Part shown: one piece after another, positions 42,132 through 56,682 of the stretch
Numbering within the stretch: the first letter of the stretch is position 1
Layout of the letters: each line of letters starts with the position of its first letter
Assembly (NCBI RefSeq): GCF_009914755.1
Contig: NC_060929.1
Direction: 5' to 3' (one strand)
Length of the DNA stretch: 64,000 bases
Source: the human T2T-CHM13v2.0 reference genome, Homo sapiens
Position numbers and translations under genes: made by a program
Notes under the pieces: model-generated
Told to the model about the DNA's origin: nothing
Databases searched by the model: none
Seen by the model: the letters and a program-made list of their open reading frames with translations, nothing else

Positions 42132-42496
42132 TTTCTTAGTCAGCCAGGCCTGATATAACAGAGTATCACAGACTGGGTGGCTTTTAAATAACAAAAATTA
42201 ATTTCTCATAGTTCTGAAGGCTGGAAATGCAAGGCTAAAGTGTGAACAGATTTGGTGCTCATGGGACCCTCTCTTGGGCTGCAAACTGCCAACTTCTCTT
42301 TGTATCCTAAGACCATGAGAAGAAAGCTAGACAGCTCTCTGGGGTCTCTTTAATAAGGAAACTAATTCTATTTGTGAGAGTTCCACCCTCATGACCTAAT
42401 ATACTCCCAAAGGTCCCCCCTCCTAATACCATCACATTAAGGGTTAGGATTTCATCATATAAATTTTCGGCAAGCAAAAGCATTCAGTCTGTTGCA
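42132..42496 (-). mobile_element. MaLR solo LTR (MLT1A-like)
   Basis: Reads cagactgggtggctt..tttctcatagttctgaaggctgg..ccaccctcatgacctaat..cattcagtctgttgca; flanks CCAAT/TCAAT. Confidence 0.85.
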
Positions 42497-43250
42497 TCAA
42501 TGTTTTAATAATTTGTATAATTCAATTCTAAAAAAAGAATCTACATTAGTATTACTATTATTATAATATTTTCTCAAAATTTATCTCTATAAAAGCATCT
42601 AGGAGTGGGGACAGCAGTTCCAGGAAGATATTTTACATTTTTGTACATTAGGAAATGCAAACTACTTGATGCTTTAAGAAAAAAACAAATAACCAGTTTA
42701 TTTTGTTCTCTCCAACTTTTGTGGTAAATGGCTTGTGCAGGAAACAACAGATACCTCTGCTACTTGATATCTTCACTGGAAGATGAAAATGGCATAAATT
42801 ATAACTTCAACCTTTAAAGGAAAAACACTATAGCACATTCTTGTAAATGAGTTTTGTAAATGATCAGCAACTAACATAGGAATTTAACATTTCATAAAAT
42901 ATTTTTAGAGCAGTTACCTTGAATTTCAAAGGTAAATGAACCTAGATATACTGAAATATCTTCTGATATTAAAAATTAGAAAAATTTTTTGGTTGTTTGT
43001 AACTTTTATTGCTTCTTCCCCAAAGTAATGTTTACAAACTGACATTTTGTACCTATGTTGCAGTAACTTTGGGATTAGGAGAAGAGATGAACTTCACACA
43101 GCATTCTAAATGAATGTCATAACTACAAATCCTGGGGGCAGAGAGGATCAAAAGCATTCCTTAATCTACAAATCAATTTTGATGCTCCAATAAATACACA
43201 CCTTTCATAGAAACAACAGTGGCCTAAAAAGTGTTTTTCCTAAAAGCAAT

Positions 43251-43253
<3 letters not shown>

Positions 43254-43296
<43 letters not shown>
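43254..43296. repeat. Pure (AC)n microsatellite
   Basis: About 21 uninterrupted units. Confidence 0.97.
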
Positions 43297-43297
<1 letters not shown>

Positions 43298-45899
43298 CCT
43301 TTGGAATTGAACATAATGAAAAAGTCAGAATTATATTTTAAAAATTCCATTAGATTTAGCAAACATGTATTGCACAGATTTCAGTTACCCAATATTGTTT
43401 CAGTTCCTGATTTTGGTTCATAACTGAGAGGAAGAATTAGATTTGAAGAAATTAAATATAAAATAATGGGACAAAAAACCTAACAGAGTTATATATGATT
43501 TGATATAAAATATAAATCAATTTACTTATGGAAAGTTGCTGAAAATGTCTCCTGAAATTGTACGATGTTTTACAGTACATAAAACAATTTCCTCTGTATT
43601 ATTTGCCTTTAAAGGCAACTTTCTTGGCTTGGCAATTGATAATGAAGGTGTATTGCACTGGTTTGTAATTTAAGGTTCAGAGTAATTTTGAGAGCTCTTG
43701 GAGATAACTTCCCCTCTTCCAGAAGACTCTTATGGACAGTAGTTGCTGCACCAGCACTCCTGGCTCTGCAGAAATGATGATATTGACATCACACCTGAGT
43801 CTCCCCAAGTGCATTAAGATATATAATATTATACTCTCTGCAACTGACTATTAGCATCATCTCTGAGTGACTTAACTTTCAACATAATCCTATAGTATTG
43901 CCTGTATTTTCCCTATATTGTTTTGTTCTTATTATAAAGTATATTTCCAGACTCTTATGCAATCTTAGCTATAAAACAACATTAGAACCGTATCATATTA
44001 TAAATCATATCATAGCAAATCTAGAGATCCTTCTGCAGATACAGTCAAGAGAAATTAACTCATGATTTCAACATTCAAGTAGCATATGAAAGTAAACCCT
44101 ACGATAAACTTACAATCATCTCTGCATTCAATACACATAAATTCCTAAGTATGGGTAATACTGATAATAATCAGTTATCTAAAATGTAAGTTTAAAATGC
44201 ATACTTGTCCTGATGAAATTATTATACAGCCTGAAAAAATTATTTCGTCATTTTTCTGAGTTATTTTGTATTGTGTGGACCCAGACTGAAAGACTAATTA
44301 TCATGGAACGTTACACTCAGGATCTAATTAATTTGGTTAACCAAAACCCATGGAAATTTGCATTGTTTAACTATAGGATATAAACATATACTTGGTCCCT
44401 CGATTACAAGTGACTCTTTTTCAACCCATTGTGAAATTAATGAGAACAGATATTAATATAGTACTTGTGACAGCAGCTAGGCAAACTGTCATGTTTATAA
44501 GAAAATCTTGAAAGCAATTCATGCAAATTGCAATGTAGCTTGTCATCTTTGGATCTTGTATGCTCTGGGCAGAGTCTATTACACTGGTACTGACAGGTTG
44601 CAAAAACAATAACAAAGAATGGTGTAACAAAAAATATTGGGAAGTATAAAAAATTTCAGAGAATGAAGAAGAAAAAATATAGATGTTGACAAATAGGACT
44701 TGCTAAAAATGATTTCAGTCTTTAAAGAAACTAGGGAAAGGGAAATAGAGATGAGAAGAGATAGCTTCTGAGGAGACAAAGTAATTAAAAACAAAGAGAA
44801 AGCAATGTTTATCACATAGAAGAAATGACCAGAAATGATTATGTTGTTGGTGAAAAGTGGGAGAGGGAATAATCTTTCATCTTTGCAATTAAAATAAATT
44901 ACAGGGTTTAATTCTAAACAGGCTACATAAATTAAATCGTTGTCTGTACTCTAAGTAAATAAGTCATGAACTTAATTATTCATGAAGACAGTTACTATAA
45001 ATAGATATTTCACAATAATTCACTGTAATTTTCAGAGCATTTATGTTTCTTTCTGTTTTTGTTCTGGAAAATTGGACAGTGAATACTGGCAAGCATCATA
45101 CTCTAGAAAATGAAAGAAAATGTCCCTGAAAAATACGACATGGAACTTCTGTGGAGTGGAGGATTGAGTCATGTCTTTTCTGGAATAGAAAACTTTTTAT
45201 TTTGTTTTGTTTTTCTTCTTTTTCCCAGCAGTGATATAAACTTACAGAATTGTTAGGTAGTAATGGTGAGGATCTTTTGTACTACTAAGTCCTAGAGTGT
45301 TCTGAGATCATGATATGCAAACACATGCTTTAGTTCACATCCAATATAATCAGAAAACCAGAAATAACACCCTATTAGAATTATCTTATTTGCCTTCACA
45401 AGACCACAGCATCTATGAGAGTCTTCATGATTTTAAGCCATGCAACAAGTAGATGGGCATGAATATCATTCCTCTTTCTTTCCTGGGCATTATCTCATGG
45501 TAGCTAGATTTACCAAATCCTCTTAATTTTTAACATAGTTTATCGGTACATTAGATTTTCATTTATTTATCCCTTCACTTAATAAGTATTTATTGAGAAA
45601 TTAATATTAGAGTTTCTTAGTATACAATGGTGAACAAAACATAGTCCCTGTCTTTAAAAATAGGTAGGTCATGATCATGAAACCTTCCCCTATTGCAGGA
45701 GCATCCCTTAGGCCTTCCATGCTGTGTACCACATGACTTTATTCCTCAGGCATGTATGTGTGAACTACTGGCAGCAGCTAACCTAGGAGCTTTTGATACA
45801 TGGCATGGCCAGTGTATCAAAATGCCTGGCCTGCTGTGCACAGACAGAATTATGATCTGAGCTTTTAGTGAGCTGGTGTCTTAGGATTGTGACATTTCT

Positions 45900-46595
45900 T
45901 CACAAGCGTTTCTCCAGCGGTATAACGCTTCCTCTACCCTTTATTTCCTTCCTTGGTTGCAGCATTCCCAGTTTATTTCTTTGAAGTTCTCATACTGTTT
46001 AATTTGTTTTGTTTTGCTTTATTTCTTGTTGTTGATGTTGTTTCATTTTTGCTTAAGTGAGACAGGATGGAATTAGAGTAACAAGAAGGTCCCTCTAAAA
46101 AGTGGAATAAAGCTCTGTCAAAATTTTCCCGTGTTATCACAAAGGCTCTGAAGTTATTTCACAATGAATTTTTTCTTCCTTTGTCCTTGCCAGATGCACA
46201 AGTGGATCTTTCTCAGATATTCACAGAGAGAAACTAATGAATCGCCTGCAGGTAAAGCCCACAAAAATGCTGGGTTCCCTTTAAAACTGCAGTCCACAGG
46301 AAATTCTCACACTTTCTTCCAACACTCTGCCTTGAGGAATTTGTCAAAATTAACATTAAAGAGTTTCAGCCAGTTATGGACTCAGTGGCTTCTATTTCAG
46401 GTAGGAAGATTTCAGATAGATCTCTCTGGATGATCCTGTCTCTCCAGATTTCCAAGAGGTAGTTTCCCCTGACTTGAATTATCTGATATGTAAAAAATAA
46501 GTCATTTATTTTCAGTTTCTCCAGCCTTTGCTTATTTTAAGGTGAGTGAGAACTTGTCAGCTGTTTATTTACATGTTGGAGCTGAAATTGAAAGT
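45900..46595 (-). mobile_element. Probable L1M 5' UTR remnant
   Basis: Ends tacatgttggagctgaaattgaaagt, resembling recalled antisense L1M 5' termini; weak similarity. Confidence 0.45.
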
Positions 46596-48014
46596 CCAAA
46601 TGCTATTAGTACTATAATAATAATATTTTTAACTTAGCTATGTCAATGCCACATCATCCTATGTCAGACTTTATAGATTTGAAACATTGGGAATAACAAA
46701 GGGACAAATATAATTTAACCATAGTCACCATCTGTAGCACCATGGATATAAAAACTACTTACTGGGTGTAAAATAGGTGTAGAAATAAAGCACCTGGATC
46801 TTACTTCTTTATAGAAGTCATCTAGATAAACAGCAGAAATCAAGTATAGATTCAAACAGCAAAAAAAAAAAAAATCTGAGAATTTTACAATTAAAATGTG
46901 TGGTATGTAAAATTTGAGAAATCATTAATTTGAACTTCAGATAATCACAGACTTCTTTTTTCCTGAATGTCTTGCATAAGTGTGAACTGTGTCTCAAAAG
47001 TGTCATACAAGGGGACAGACCAGCATATTTAAGGTAGCCTTCATCACAGAACACTTGCAAACCTCGTTCTTATGATTGAAAATATTTTAAAGGGCTGGAA
47101 AGTGTATTCAGTAAAAACCAAAGTAGACTTAATTGATCTACACCTTATCGCTGAAGTCTGAATTACCATCTTGTCAAAAGCGACTAGAGTCTTAGAGATA
47201 AAAGCTAAGAAAATTTTCATCCTCCAGTTATGATAAAGTCATAGTTCTCAAAAGTTGTCATATGTAAATCATGCACCATTTTATAAAACAAAGCTTAATG
47301 TGCTGTCATATTTAAAATTTTGAGGGGGGAAGTGCTTGTCTTGGGATTTTAACTTAGACAATTTTTGCAAAATTAGACTCACCTGGAAGCATTTTATTGA
47401 CAATTTAATGATTGACTTTTCTTCAGATCATTCTACTAAGGGCAGAAATTTGAAGGTGAAAGCAACGTCGCTAATATTAAAAACAACTTTATCATTCTGA
47501 AAGGCAAGTTATTTCAAGCCTGAGTCTCTCTGGAAAACTTTGATAAAGTCATTTTGATTCTGGAACATGTTGTTTCTTGCTAAGTTTTGCCAGAGATCAC
47601 CAGCTCTATAATATAGAAATTTCATTGAGTAATTAGGATTTTATAAGAAATTACCATCATAAATATCATATTTTATTGTTACTTTATGACATACTTACTA
47701 TGTTCTATATTTGGTTTTAGATGTATTAATACTGAATATACCCTCAATATGGCATCACTACGAATTAGATTCAGTTAACCACAGCAAAAAGGAATAGTAA
47801 CGTCAATTTAAATTTTCCTAGAATATTGTGGCAATTCTATGTTTACATTCAAAATCCAGTAACAAAAAATTGATTGCAAAACTCATCTACAATTTAGAAT
47901 ATGGGGAGATTAAACTAATTTTATCTCTAAATAAACTCAAAGTTGCATTTTAATATCAAAACTCATCAGTTCCCTTCCTGCTTTGGTATCATTAGCCTTT
48001 ACAGCTTATCCCCA

Positions 48015-50640
48015 GAGAATGAAGAAATGGAAACCCTGAGCAGACCAAAAATGGGTTCCAAAACTGAATCAGCAAAACCAATCTACCCACCAAAAAAAGC
48101 TCTGGACCAGATTTTTTTCAAAGCCAAATTCTGCCAGATTTATAGAGAAGAGCTGGTAACAATTCTACTGAAACTATTTCAAAAAATCAAGGAGAAGGAA
48201 CTCCTCCCTAATTCATCCTAAAAAGTCAGGATCACCCTAATACTAAAACCTGGGAAAGACACAACCAAAAAAGAAAACTTCAGGCCAATATCTCTGATAA
48301 ATATAGAGACAAAAATTCTCAACAAACTACTAGCAAATCGTATCCAGCAGTACATCAAAAAGTCAATACACCACAATCAAGTAGGCTTTACTCATGGGAT
48401 GCAAAGATGGTTCAACATATGCAAATCAATAAGTGTAATTCAATACATAAACAGAATCAAAAGTAAAAACTATATGATCATCTCAATAGATGAAGAAAAA
48501 GCTTTTGATAAAATCCAGCATCCCTTTATCATACAAACTGTGAACAGACTAGGCATCGAAGAAATATACCTAAAAATAAAAATAGCCATCCATGACACAT
48601 CCAGAGCCAACATCGTACTGAACTGACAAAAGCTCAAACCATTTTTTTTGAGAATGGCAACAAGACAAAAATGTCCACTCCCAACACTCCTATTCAACAT
48701 ATTATTGAAATTTCTAGCCAGAGCTAGAAGTCGTCCAAATAGAAAAAGAAGTCAAACTATCTCTCTTCACTGACAATATGAATCTATACCTAGAACATTG
48801 TAAACACTCTGCCAAAAGGCTCCTAGAATTGATAAACAACTTTGGTAAATTTCAGGATACAAAATCGTATACAAAAACCAGTAGCGTTTCTAGACTCGAA
48901 TAGCATTCAAGTTGAAAGCCAAATCCAGGACACAATTCCATTTACAATAGCAACACACGCAAAATAAACTACCTAGGAATAATTGTAACTGAGGAGGTTA
49001 AAGAGCTCTACAAGAACTACAAAACACTTCAGAAAAAAAATTATAGATGATACAAATAAATAGACAAACATTCCATGCTGACGGACTGGAAGAATCAATA
49101 TCATTAAAAAGATCATGCTACCCAAAGCAATCTACAGATTCAACACTATTCTTATCAAATGCCAATGTCATTTTTCACAGAATTAGAAAAAAGTATTTTA
49201 TGATTCATGTGGAACCAAAAAATAGCTTGGATAACCAATGTAATCCTAAACAAAGAGAGCAAAGCCAGAGGCATAACATTACCTGACTTCAAACCATACT
49301 ATGAGGCTACAGTAACCAAAATAGCATGGTACTGGTACAAAAACAGATACATAGACCAATATAACATAAATATAGCCACACACATACAGCTATTTGATTT
49401 TTGTCAAAGTCAACAAAAATAAGCAATAGGGAAAGCACTCCCTATTCAATAAACAGTGCCGGGATAGCTGGCTAGCCATATGCACAATCATCAAGCTAGA
49501 CTCCTACCTTTTCCCATATACAAAAGTTAACTTAAAATGGATTAAAGATTTAAATGTAACACCTGAAGCTATACGATTCCTAAAAGAAAACTTAGACAAC
49601 ACCATTCTGGACATTGACCTTGGGAATACATTTACGACTAAGTCCTCAAAAGCAACTGCAATGGTAACAAAATTGACAAGTGGGACCTGGTGAAACTAAA
49701 GAGCTTCTGCACAACAAAAGAAACTAAAGAGAGAGTAAAAAGACAATCTGCAGGATAGGAGAAAGTATCTGCAAACTACGCATCTGACAAAGGTCTAATA
49801 TGCAAAATCTATAAGGAACTTAATTCAACAAGTAAAAAGCACATAACTTCATTAAAAACTGGGAAAAACATATGAATAGAATCTTCTCAAAAGAAGACAC
49901 ACAAGTGGCAACGAACATAGGAAAAAAAAAGCTCAACATCACTAACCATCAGAGAAATGCAAATCAAAACCTCAAAAAGATACCATCTCACACCCATTAG
50001 AATGGCTAGTATTTAAAAGTCAAAAAACAGAGAAGATGAAGGCTTTAGAGAAAAGGGAATGCTTATACACTGTAGTTGGGAATATAAATTATTTCAGCCA
50101 TGGTGGAAAGCAGTTGGGATAATTCTCAAAGAACTTAGAACTACCATTCAACCCAGCAATCCCATTACTGGGTATATATCCAGAAGAAAATAAATCATTC
50201 TACCAAAAAGACACGTGTACTCTTCACAGTAGCAAAGAAATGGAATCAACGTAGGTGCCCATCAATGGTAGATTAGATAAAGAAAGTGTGGTGCATATAT
50301 ACCATGGAATACTACATGGCCATAAAAAAAAAACTTGTCCTTTGCATCAATATAGATGAAGCTGGAGGCCATTATTCTAAGCGAATTAATACAGAAACAG
50401 AAAAACAAATATCACGAATTCTTACTTATAAGTGGGAGCTAAACATTTGGTACTCATGGACATAAAGATGATTGCACTAGATACTGGGGACTACCAGAAA
50501 GGGCAAAGGGGGAAACTACCTATTAGGTACTATACTCACTACCTGGGTGGTGGGATCAAGCATACCCCAAACATCACCATCACACAATATATTCATGTAA
50601 AAAACCAGCACATGTACCCACAGATCTAAAATAAAAGTTT
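48015..50640 (+). mobile_element. L1PA16/17-like element, 5'-truncated
   Basis: Broken ORF2 pieces ([44 protein letters not shown]); 3' UTR gaaactacctattaggtactatactcactacctgggtg..tctaaaataaaagtt. Confidence 0.9.
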
Positions 50641-50709
50641 ATTATTTTTTTTTAATTTTTTAAAATTTTAATTTTTAAAAATTTAAAAAAGAATTGTTCT
50701 ATCATACGT

Positions 50710-51180
50710 ATTCTACAAATTCAATGGGAATCAGCTGGAGAAATTTCTTGAAAAATACAACTAATTAAATTGATCCAAGAAGATATAGAATGTCCATTTC
50801 TATATCTAAAAACATCAAAATAAATTCAACAAAACACTCCAACTAGGAAATCTCTAGGAAATCAACTAGGAAAGGTAAATCTGACATCCAAGGGAGAGGT
50901 GACAACATTACTGCATGTATATATGTATAAGTTTGTTTTTCTGGAGAAAAATCATTTACCAAATTGTTTTATGAAGGTAGTTCATGGCTAATCCAAAATC
51001 TAATAACACATTATACAATAAGAATAAGATAGGAAGAAAGGGAGGAAGAGAGAGAGGAAGGAAAGAAAAGGGAAGGGAGTAAGGCAAGAGGGCAATATAA
51101 AAGGAAAGAAAAGAGGACGGAAAGAAAGAAAAAGCAAAGAAAAAGATAAAAATATACACGAAATTCATAATACCCCTCAT
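50710..51180 (+). mobile_element. Ancient L1M ORF2 fragment with a purine-rich expansion (~51020-51150)
   Basis: Reads aaatttcttgaaaaatacaactaattaaattgatccaagaag..ttttatgaagg. Confidence 0.55.
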
Positions 51181-52130
51181 GCCTTTGAGGCAACGTTTAT
51201 TTTCTTCATTCTTTTTTCTCTCTGTTATTCAGCTTTATAATCTCTTTCAATCTATTCTCAAATTTGCTTATCTTTCATCACCCATTCTAAGTCTACGTTC
51301 AAGCCCTTCTCATGAATGTGAAATTACTATAATACTTGTGGGTTTGTTTCATAATTTCTATCTCTGTATTGATATTAGCTCCTCAATGCAACATTGTCAT
51401 CATCCCTTCCTTCTCTTCTCTGACCATACTTACCTTCAGTTCTGTGAACATATTTATAATGGCTATTTTGAAGTCTGTTTCTTTCAAATCTGGCATCTGG
51501 TTGCTCTCACAGGCAGTTGTGTAGCCTGCAATATTTTTTCCAGTGTAAACTCCATACTTTCCTGTTTATTTGCATGCCTCGAAATCCTTTGTTGGAAACC
51601 TGACATTTCAGTATACTTTCTAGCAACTCTGGGTACTGATATTCTTTGTTCCAGGACTTGGTTTTGTTGTTTATTTCCTAATGACTGGACTAGGCATATC
51701 ATTTCTGTGAAGTACATCCCCCCACACCTATACAGTGTTAAACCAGTAATGTTAACACACAAGTAGGCATCTCTTTAGAGATACTCACAGGCGCTCTGGG
51801 AAGACATTAGTGCAGATCTCTTATCTCTATTCCTGACTAGACATGGCTGCTAAACTCCATTAATTGCTTCCTCCTTGTTCTAATAGTCTCACCAATGAAC
51901 TGGGGCATAAATTGCTCCACAATCGAACCCAATTCAATTTTGGCTACTTTGAAGAAACAGTTTCTGATGTCTGTGTTTGATATTTGTTCTGACTCCATAA
52001 CGGTCCCCTTCAGCTATCCTATTTGCTATTCCCTTACTTTTCTTACTGAATTTTCACAGATTTCCTTGTGTTTCTCCATTGCCATTTGCCTTTAGGGTCC
52101 AGAGCCTTATGATTCACTGGAAAGTGAGCC
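51180..52130 (-). mobile_element. Ancient L1M ORF1 N-terminal / 5' region fragment
   Basis: Minus strand 51475-51434 translates DFKIAIINMFTELK, typical of the old L1 ORF1p N-terminus. Confidence 0.65.
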
Positions 52131-52149
52131 AGTGAAGTTCCTTATGCTG

Positions 52150-52788
52150 TCATGACAGTAGTTTATCCTCAAGAATGCCAGATAATTTAATCTTCAAAAT
52201 CAATCAATACATTTACAATATTAAAAAATGCAGAAAAATATAATTCAACACCCACTCATGATTTTTAAATGCTGAATACACTAACAATAGTAAGAAACAT
52301 ACTCAACTGATAATGAACATTATAAAAATTCAATAGCTAATATAATGTACAATGATAAAAAAAACAAAGTTGTTTTCCTCTGATATCTAGAAAATTATGC
52401 TAGCTTTCACACTTCCCACTCAGAATTTTACTGGTTGTTCTAGCTATTATAATCAAGTAAGAAATTAAAATAAAATCTATAAAATCCATAAATTGTCAAA
52501 TGAAACTTTGTTAATATATTTTTACATAGAAAATTCCAGAAATATGGAAATTAGTTCAAAAGGTAATATATAAATTTAGCAAGGATATAGAAATGATCAA
52601 TAAAAACAATTGTTCTTATATACCAGCAGCAGACAATTTAAATATTAAAAATGACCACTTACAGGATTGCTGTAAAAAATACAGAAACATATCTAAGACC
52701 TCTGCGTTGAAATTTATAAATCAATACTAGGATAAATGGAACAAGATCTAAACAAAGAAATATACAATGTTTAGATATCAGAAAAATT
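52150..52788 (+). mobile_element. Ancient L1M ORF2 fragment (continues after 54523)
   Basis: Reads aattcaacacccactcatgatt..aaatttagcaagg..tataccagcagcagacaatt. Confidence 0.65.
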
Positions 52789-54523
52789 GATTTTTTTAAC
52801 TTTATGTTCAGGGATACATGGACAGATTTGTTACATAAGTAAACATCTGTCACCTGTCATGGGGGAATTGTTGTACAGATTATTTCATCATCTGGATATT
52901 AAGCAACTGGTTATTTTTCCTGATCCTATCCCTCTTCCCACCCTCCACCCTATGAAAGGCCCCAGTGTGTGTTGTTCCCTTCTATACATCCATGTGTTCT
53001 CATCATTTAGCTCCCACTTATAAGTGAGAACATGCGGTATTTGGTTTCCTGTTCCTGGGTTAGTTTGCTAAGGATGATGACCCCAAGCCTCGTCCATTTT
53101 CCTGTAAAGGACATGATGTCTATTTTTTTTTTTATGACTGCATAGTATCCCATGGTGTATCTGTACAGTTTCTTTATCCAGTACACCATTGTTCGACATT
53201 TAGGTTGATTCCATGTCTTTGCTATTGTGGATAGTGCTGCTATGAACATATATGCGCATGTATCTTTATGATAGAACAGTTTATATTCCATTGGGTATAT
53301 ACCCAGTAATAGGATTACTAGATCAAATGTGAGTTCTGTTTTTAGGTCTCTGAGGAATCACCACACTGCTTTACACAATGGTTGAACTAATTTACCCTTC
53401 TACCAACAGTGAATAGTGTTCCCATTTCTCTGCAACCTCACCAGCATCTATCATTTTTTAAAATAGCCACCTGACTGGTGTTAGATCTCATTATGGTTTT
53501 GATTTGCGTTTCTCTAATGATCAGTGATGTTGAGCATCTTATCATATGCTTGTTGGCCAAATAAATGTCTTCTTTTGAGAAGTGTCTGTTTATGTCCTTT
53601 GCCCACTTTTTAATGAGGTTGGGTTTTTTTCTTGTAAATTTTCCTAAATTCCTTATAGATGCTGGATATTAGACCTTTGTCAGATGCATAGTTTGCAAAA
53701 GTTTTCTCCCACTCTGTAGGCTGTCTCTTCACTCTGCCGATAGTTTCATTTGCTGTGCAGAAATTATGTTGTTTGATTAGATCCAATTTGTCAAGTTTTG
53801 CTTTCGTTGCAATTGTTTTTGGCGTCTTCCTCATGAAATCTTTGCCCTTCTCTATGTCCGGAATGATATTGCCTAAGTTCTTTACCGGAGTTTTCATAGC
53901 TTTGGGTTTTATGTTTAAGTCTTTAATCCATCTTGGGTTGATTTTTGTATATAGCATAAGGAAGGGGTCGAGTTTCAATCTTCTGCATATGGCTAGCCAG
54001 TTACCCCAGCACCATTTATTGAATAGGGAGTCCTTTCCCCATTGCCTGTTTTTATCAGCTTTGTCGAAGATCAGATGGTTGTAGCTGTGTGGCCTTATTT
54101 CTGGGCTTTCTATTCTGTTCCATTGATCTATGTGCCTGTTTTTGTACTAGTCCCATGCTGTTTTAGTTGACTATAGCCCTGTAGTATAGTTTGAAGTTGG
54201 GTACGGTGATGCCTCCAGTTTTGTTCTTTTTGCTTAAGATTGCCTTTGCTATTAGGGCTGTTTTTTGTTTCAATATAAATTTTAAAATAGTTTTTTTCTA
54301 TTTATGTGAAAAATGTCATTGGTAATCTGATAGTAATAACATTGAATCTATAAATTGCTTTGAGCAATAAGGCCATTTTAACAATATTGATTATTTTTCT
54401 TTATCGAATATTTTTCCATTCGTTTGTGTCATCTCAGATTTCTTTCAGCAGTGTTTTATAGTTCTCATTGTACAGATCTTTTGCCTCCCTGGTTAGCTTT
54501 ATTCTTAGGTATTTTATTTTTTT
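52789..54523 (-). mobile_element. L1PA13-15-like element, 5'-truncated, nested in L1M
   Basis: ORF track gives [24 protein letters not shown] and FIAALSTIAKTWNQPKC; antisense 3' UTR ttgttgtacagattatttcatca. Confidence 0.9.
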
Positions 54524-55970
54524 GGAAGAATCAATATTTTTAAATGCCAATTCTCCATAAGTTGATCTATAGATTCAAAAATCAATCTAAATCAAATTTC
54601 AGCAGGATTTTTGGTAGAAATGGCAAGAGTTCCTAAACTTCAAAAGACTGAAATTCAGGGTCTCAAGACTAAACAACTAAGACCAAACATGTAAACACAG
54701 ACCAATAAAATATAATACAGAATTCACATTCATGGGCTATTTGAGTTTCAACAAAAGCATGAATATGTTTCAGGACATGAATGTAATTTTTTAATTGTAT
54801 AGCATCAACTGTATATTCTTATGGAAAGTAATCATCAAACATTAACTTTCAACACACACACACACACGCACACTCATACTCACACCTGAAATAAATAATA
54901 CACCTAAATGTAAAACCTAAGAATATAAAACTATGAAATACAGAGATGAAAATTGTTACCACATTCATATATGGAAACAATTATTAACTAGAACAAAGAT
55001 GTGAAAACTATAAAATTTTTAAAAATAGATAAATTGGACTGCATGAAAATTAAAATTCAAGAAATGAAAAGGAAAACCACAGAAAGGAAACAAATTTATA
55101 GAAATATAAATAACTCTTACAACTCAGTAATGAGGATTTAAATAGCTCGATATAAATGGGCAAAAAGATCTAAATTGACATGACACATAAGACATTTGCA
55201 TTGCCAATAAATCCATTACAGTGTTCTGCATATTAAGGTAAATAAACATTAAAATTACAGTGTGAGGCCCCTTCATATCCATTAGAACCATTAGAATGGT
55301 TAAAGTTTAAAATGCTGGCAATACGTAGTGGTGACAAGTATGTGGGCAACTGGAAGCCTCCTATACTGCTGGTGAAAATGTAAAATCATACAACTATTTT
55401 GAAAATCAGTTTCTTACAAACCTTACATGCACATTTACCATAAGACCCAACAATTCAACTCCTAGGTGTGTTATTTTAGTTAAATGAAAACATCCACATA
55501 AAGATCTTTATGAAAATGTTTATAGTCATTTTTGTAATAACAAATAGAGCCTTGCTAAATGATAAAAAGCAATGAATAATGGATAAACAATTTGTGCTAT
55601 ATCCATACAACACAATCCTGTTAAGCAGAAAAAAAAAAAAAAAGAACTATTACCACACGCAGCAGTACTTATCAGTCTCAAAATTATGTTGGGTGCAAGA
55701 AGCCAGATTAAACTGAGTATATCCTGTATTAATTTGTTTAGATAAAATTCTATAAAACAAAATTGTATACATATTAAAAGAAAGCAGTTCAGTGGTTTCC
55801 TGGAAATATAGGTAAAGGGAAAGATTACACAAGTACGCTTTTGGGCTAAGGCCTTATTTTGACCATAATGATGATTTTGCAGTTATAATCATATATCAAA
55901 TCTCAACAAATAGGAAACATTAAGTATATGCAATTATATATCAATTATAACTCTATAAATTGGTGAAAAC
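54524..55970 (+). mobile_element. Ancient L1M (L1MD/ME-like) ORF2 end and 3' UTR
   Basis: Reads ggaagaatcaatatttt..ttgatctatagattcaa..acccaacaattcaactcctaggt..tatatcaattataactctataaa. Confidence 0.7.
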
Positions 55971-56074
55971 TATTTCCAACCATATTTTCATTTGTTTATT
56001 TATGTTTAATCTTGAAATAGCCTTGAGCAACCAATTGGAATGAAATTAGTGATAAGGCTTCAAACTGAATATGA

Positions 56075-56405
<331 letters not shown>

Positions 56406-56682
56406 AATGCTCTCCTTCTTTGCCTATTAAAATAATAGTGTAAGATGAATAGAACATAAAAACCTAATAAATGCAAGTATCCAAGAAGTTAAGATGCCAT
56501 ATTCTGGATCAACTTTCAGTGGGGAGCCATCAGTAAAGAGAGTGTATGTCAGTTCTAGGTGAGACTGGAGGATTTTTGTAGAGGGGAGTCTAAGCAATTG
56601 AACATTTCATTTTCTTACTTTTTCCTTCTGTTCTCTCCTCAGTTCTATTTCTTTCTCTCTTCTCTTCCATTTCCTTCTATTT

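Noticed and set aside
51179-51766. 195-aa hydrophobic ORF
   Set aside because: It is the antisense reading of a decayed L1 ORF1 region; the T-rich composition explains both the open frame and the hydrophobicity.
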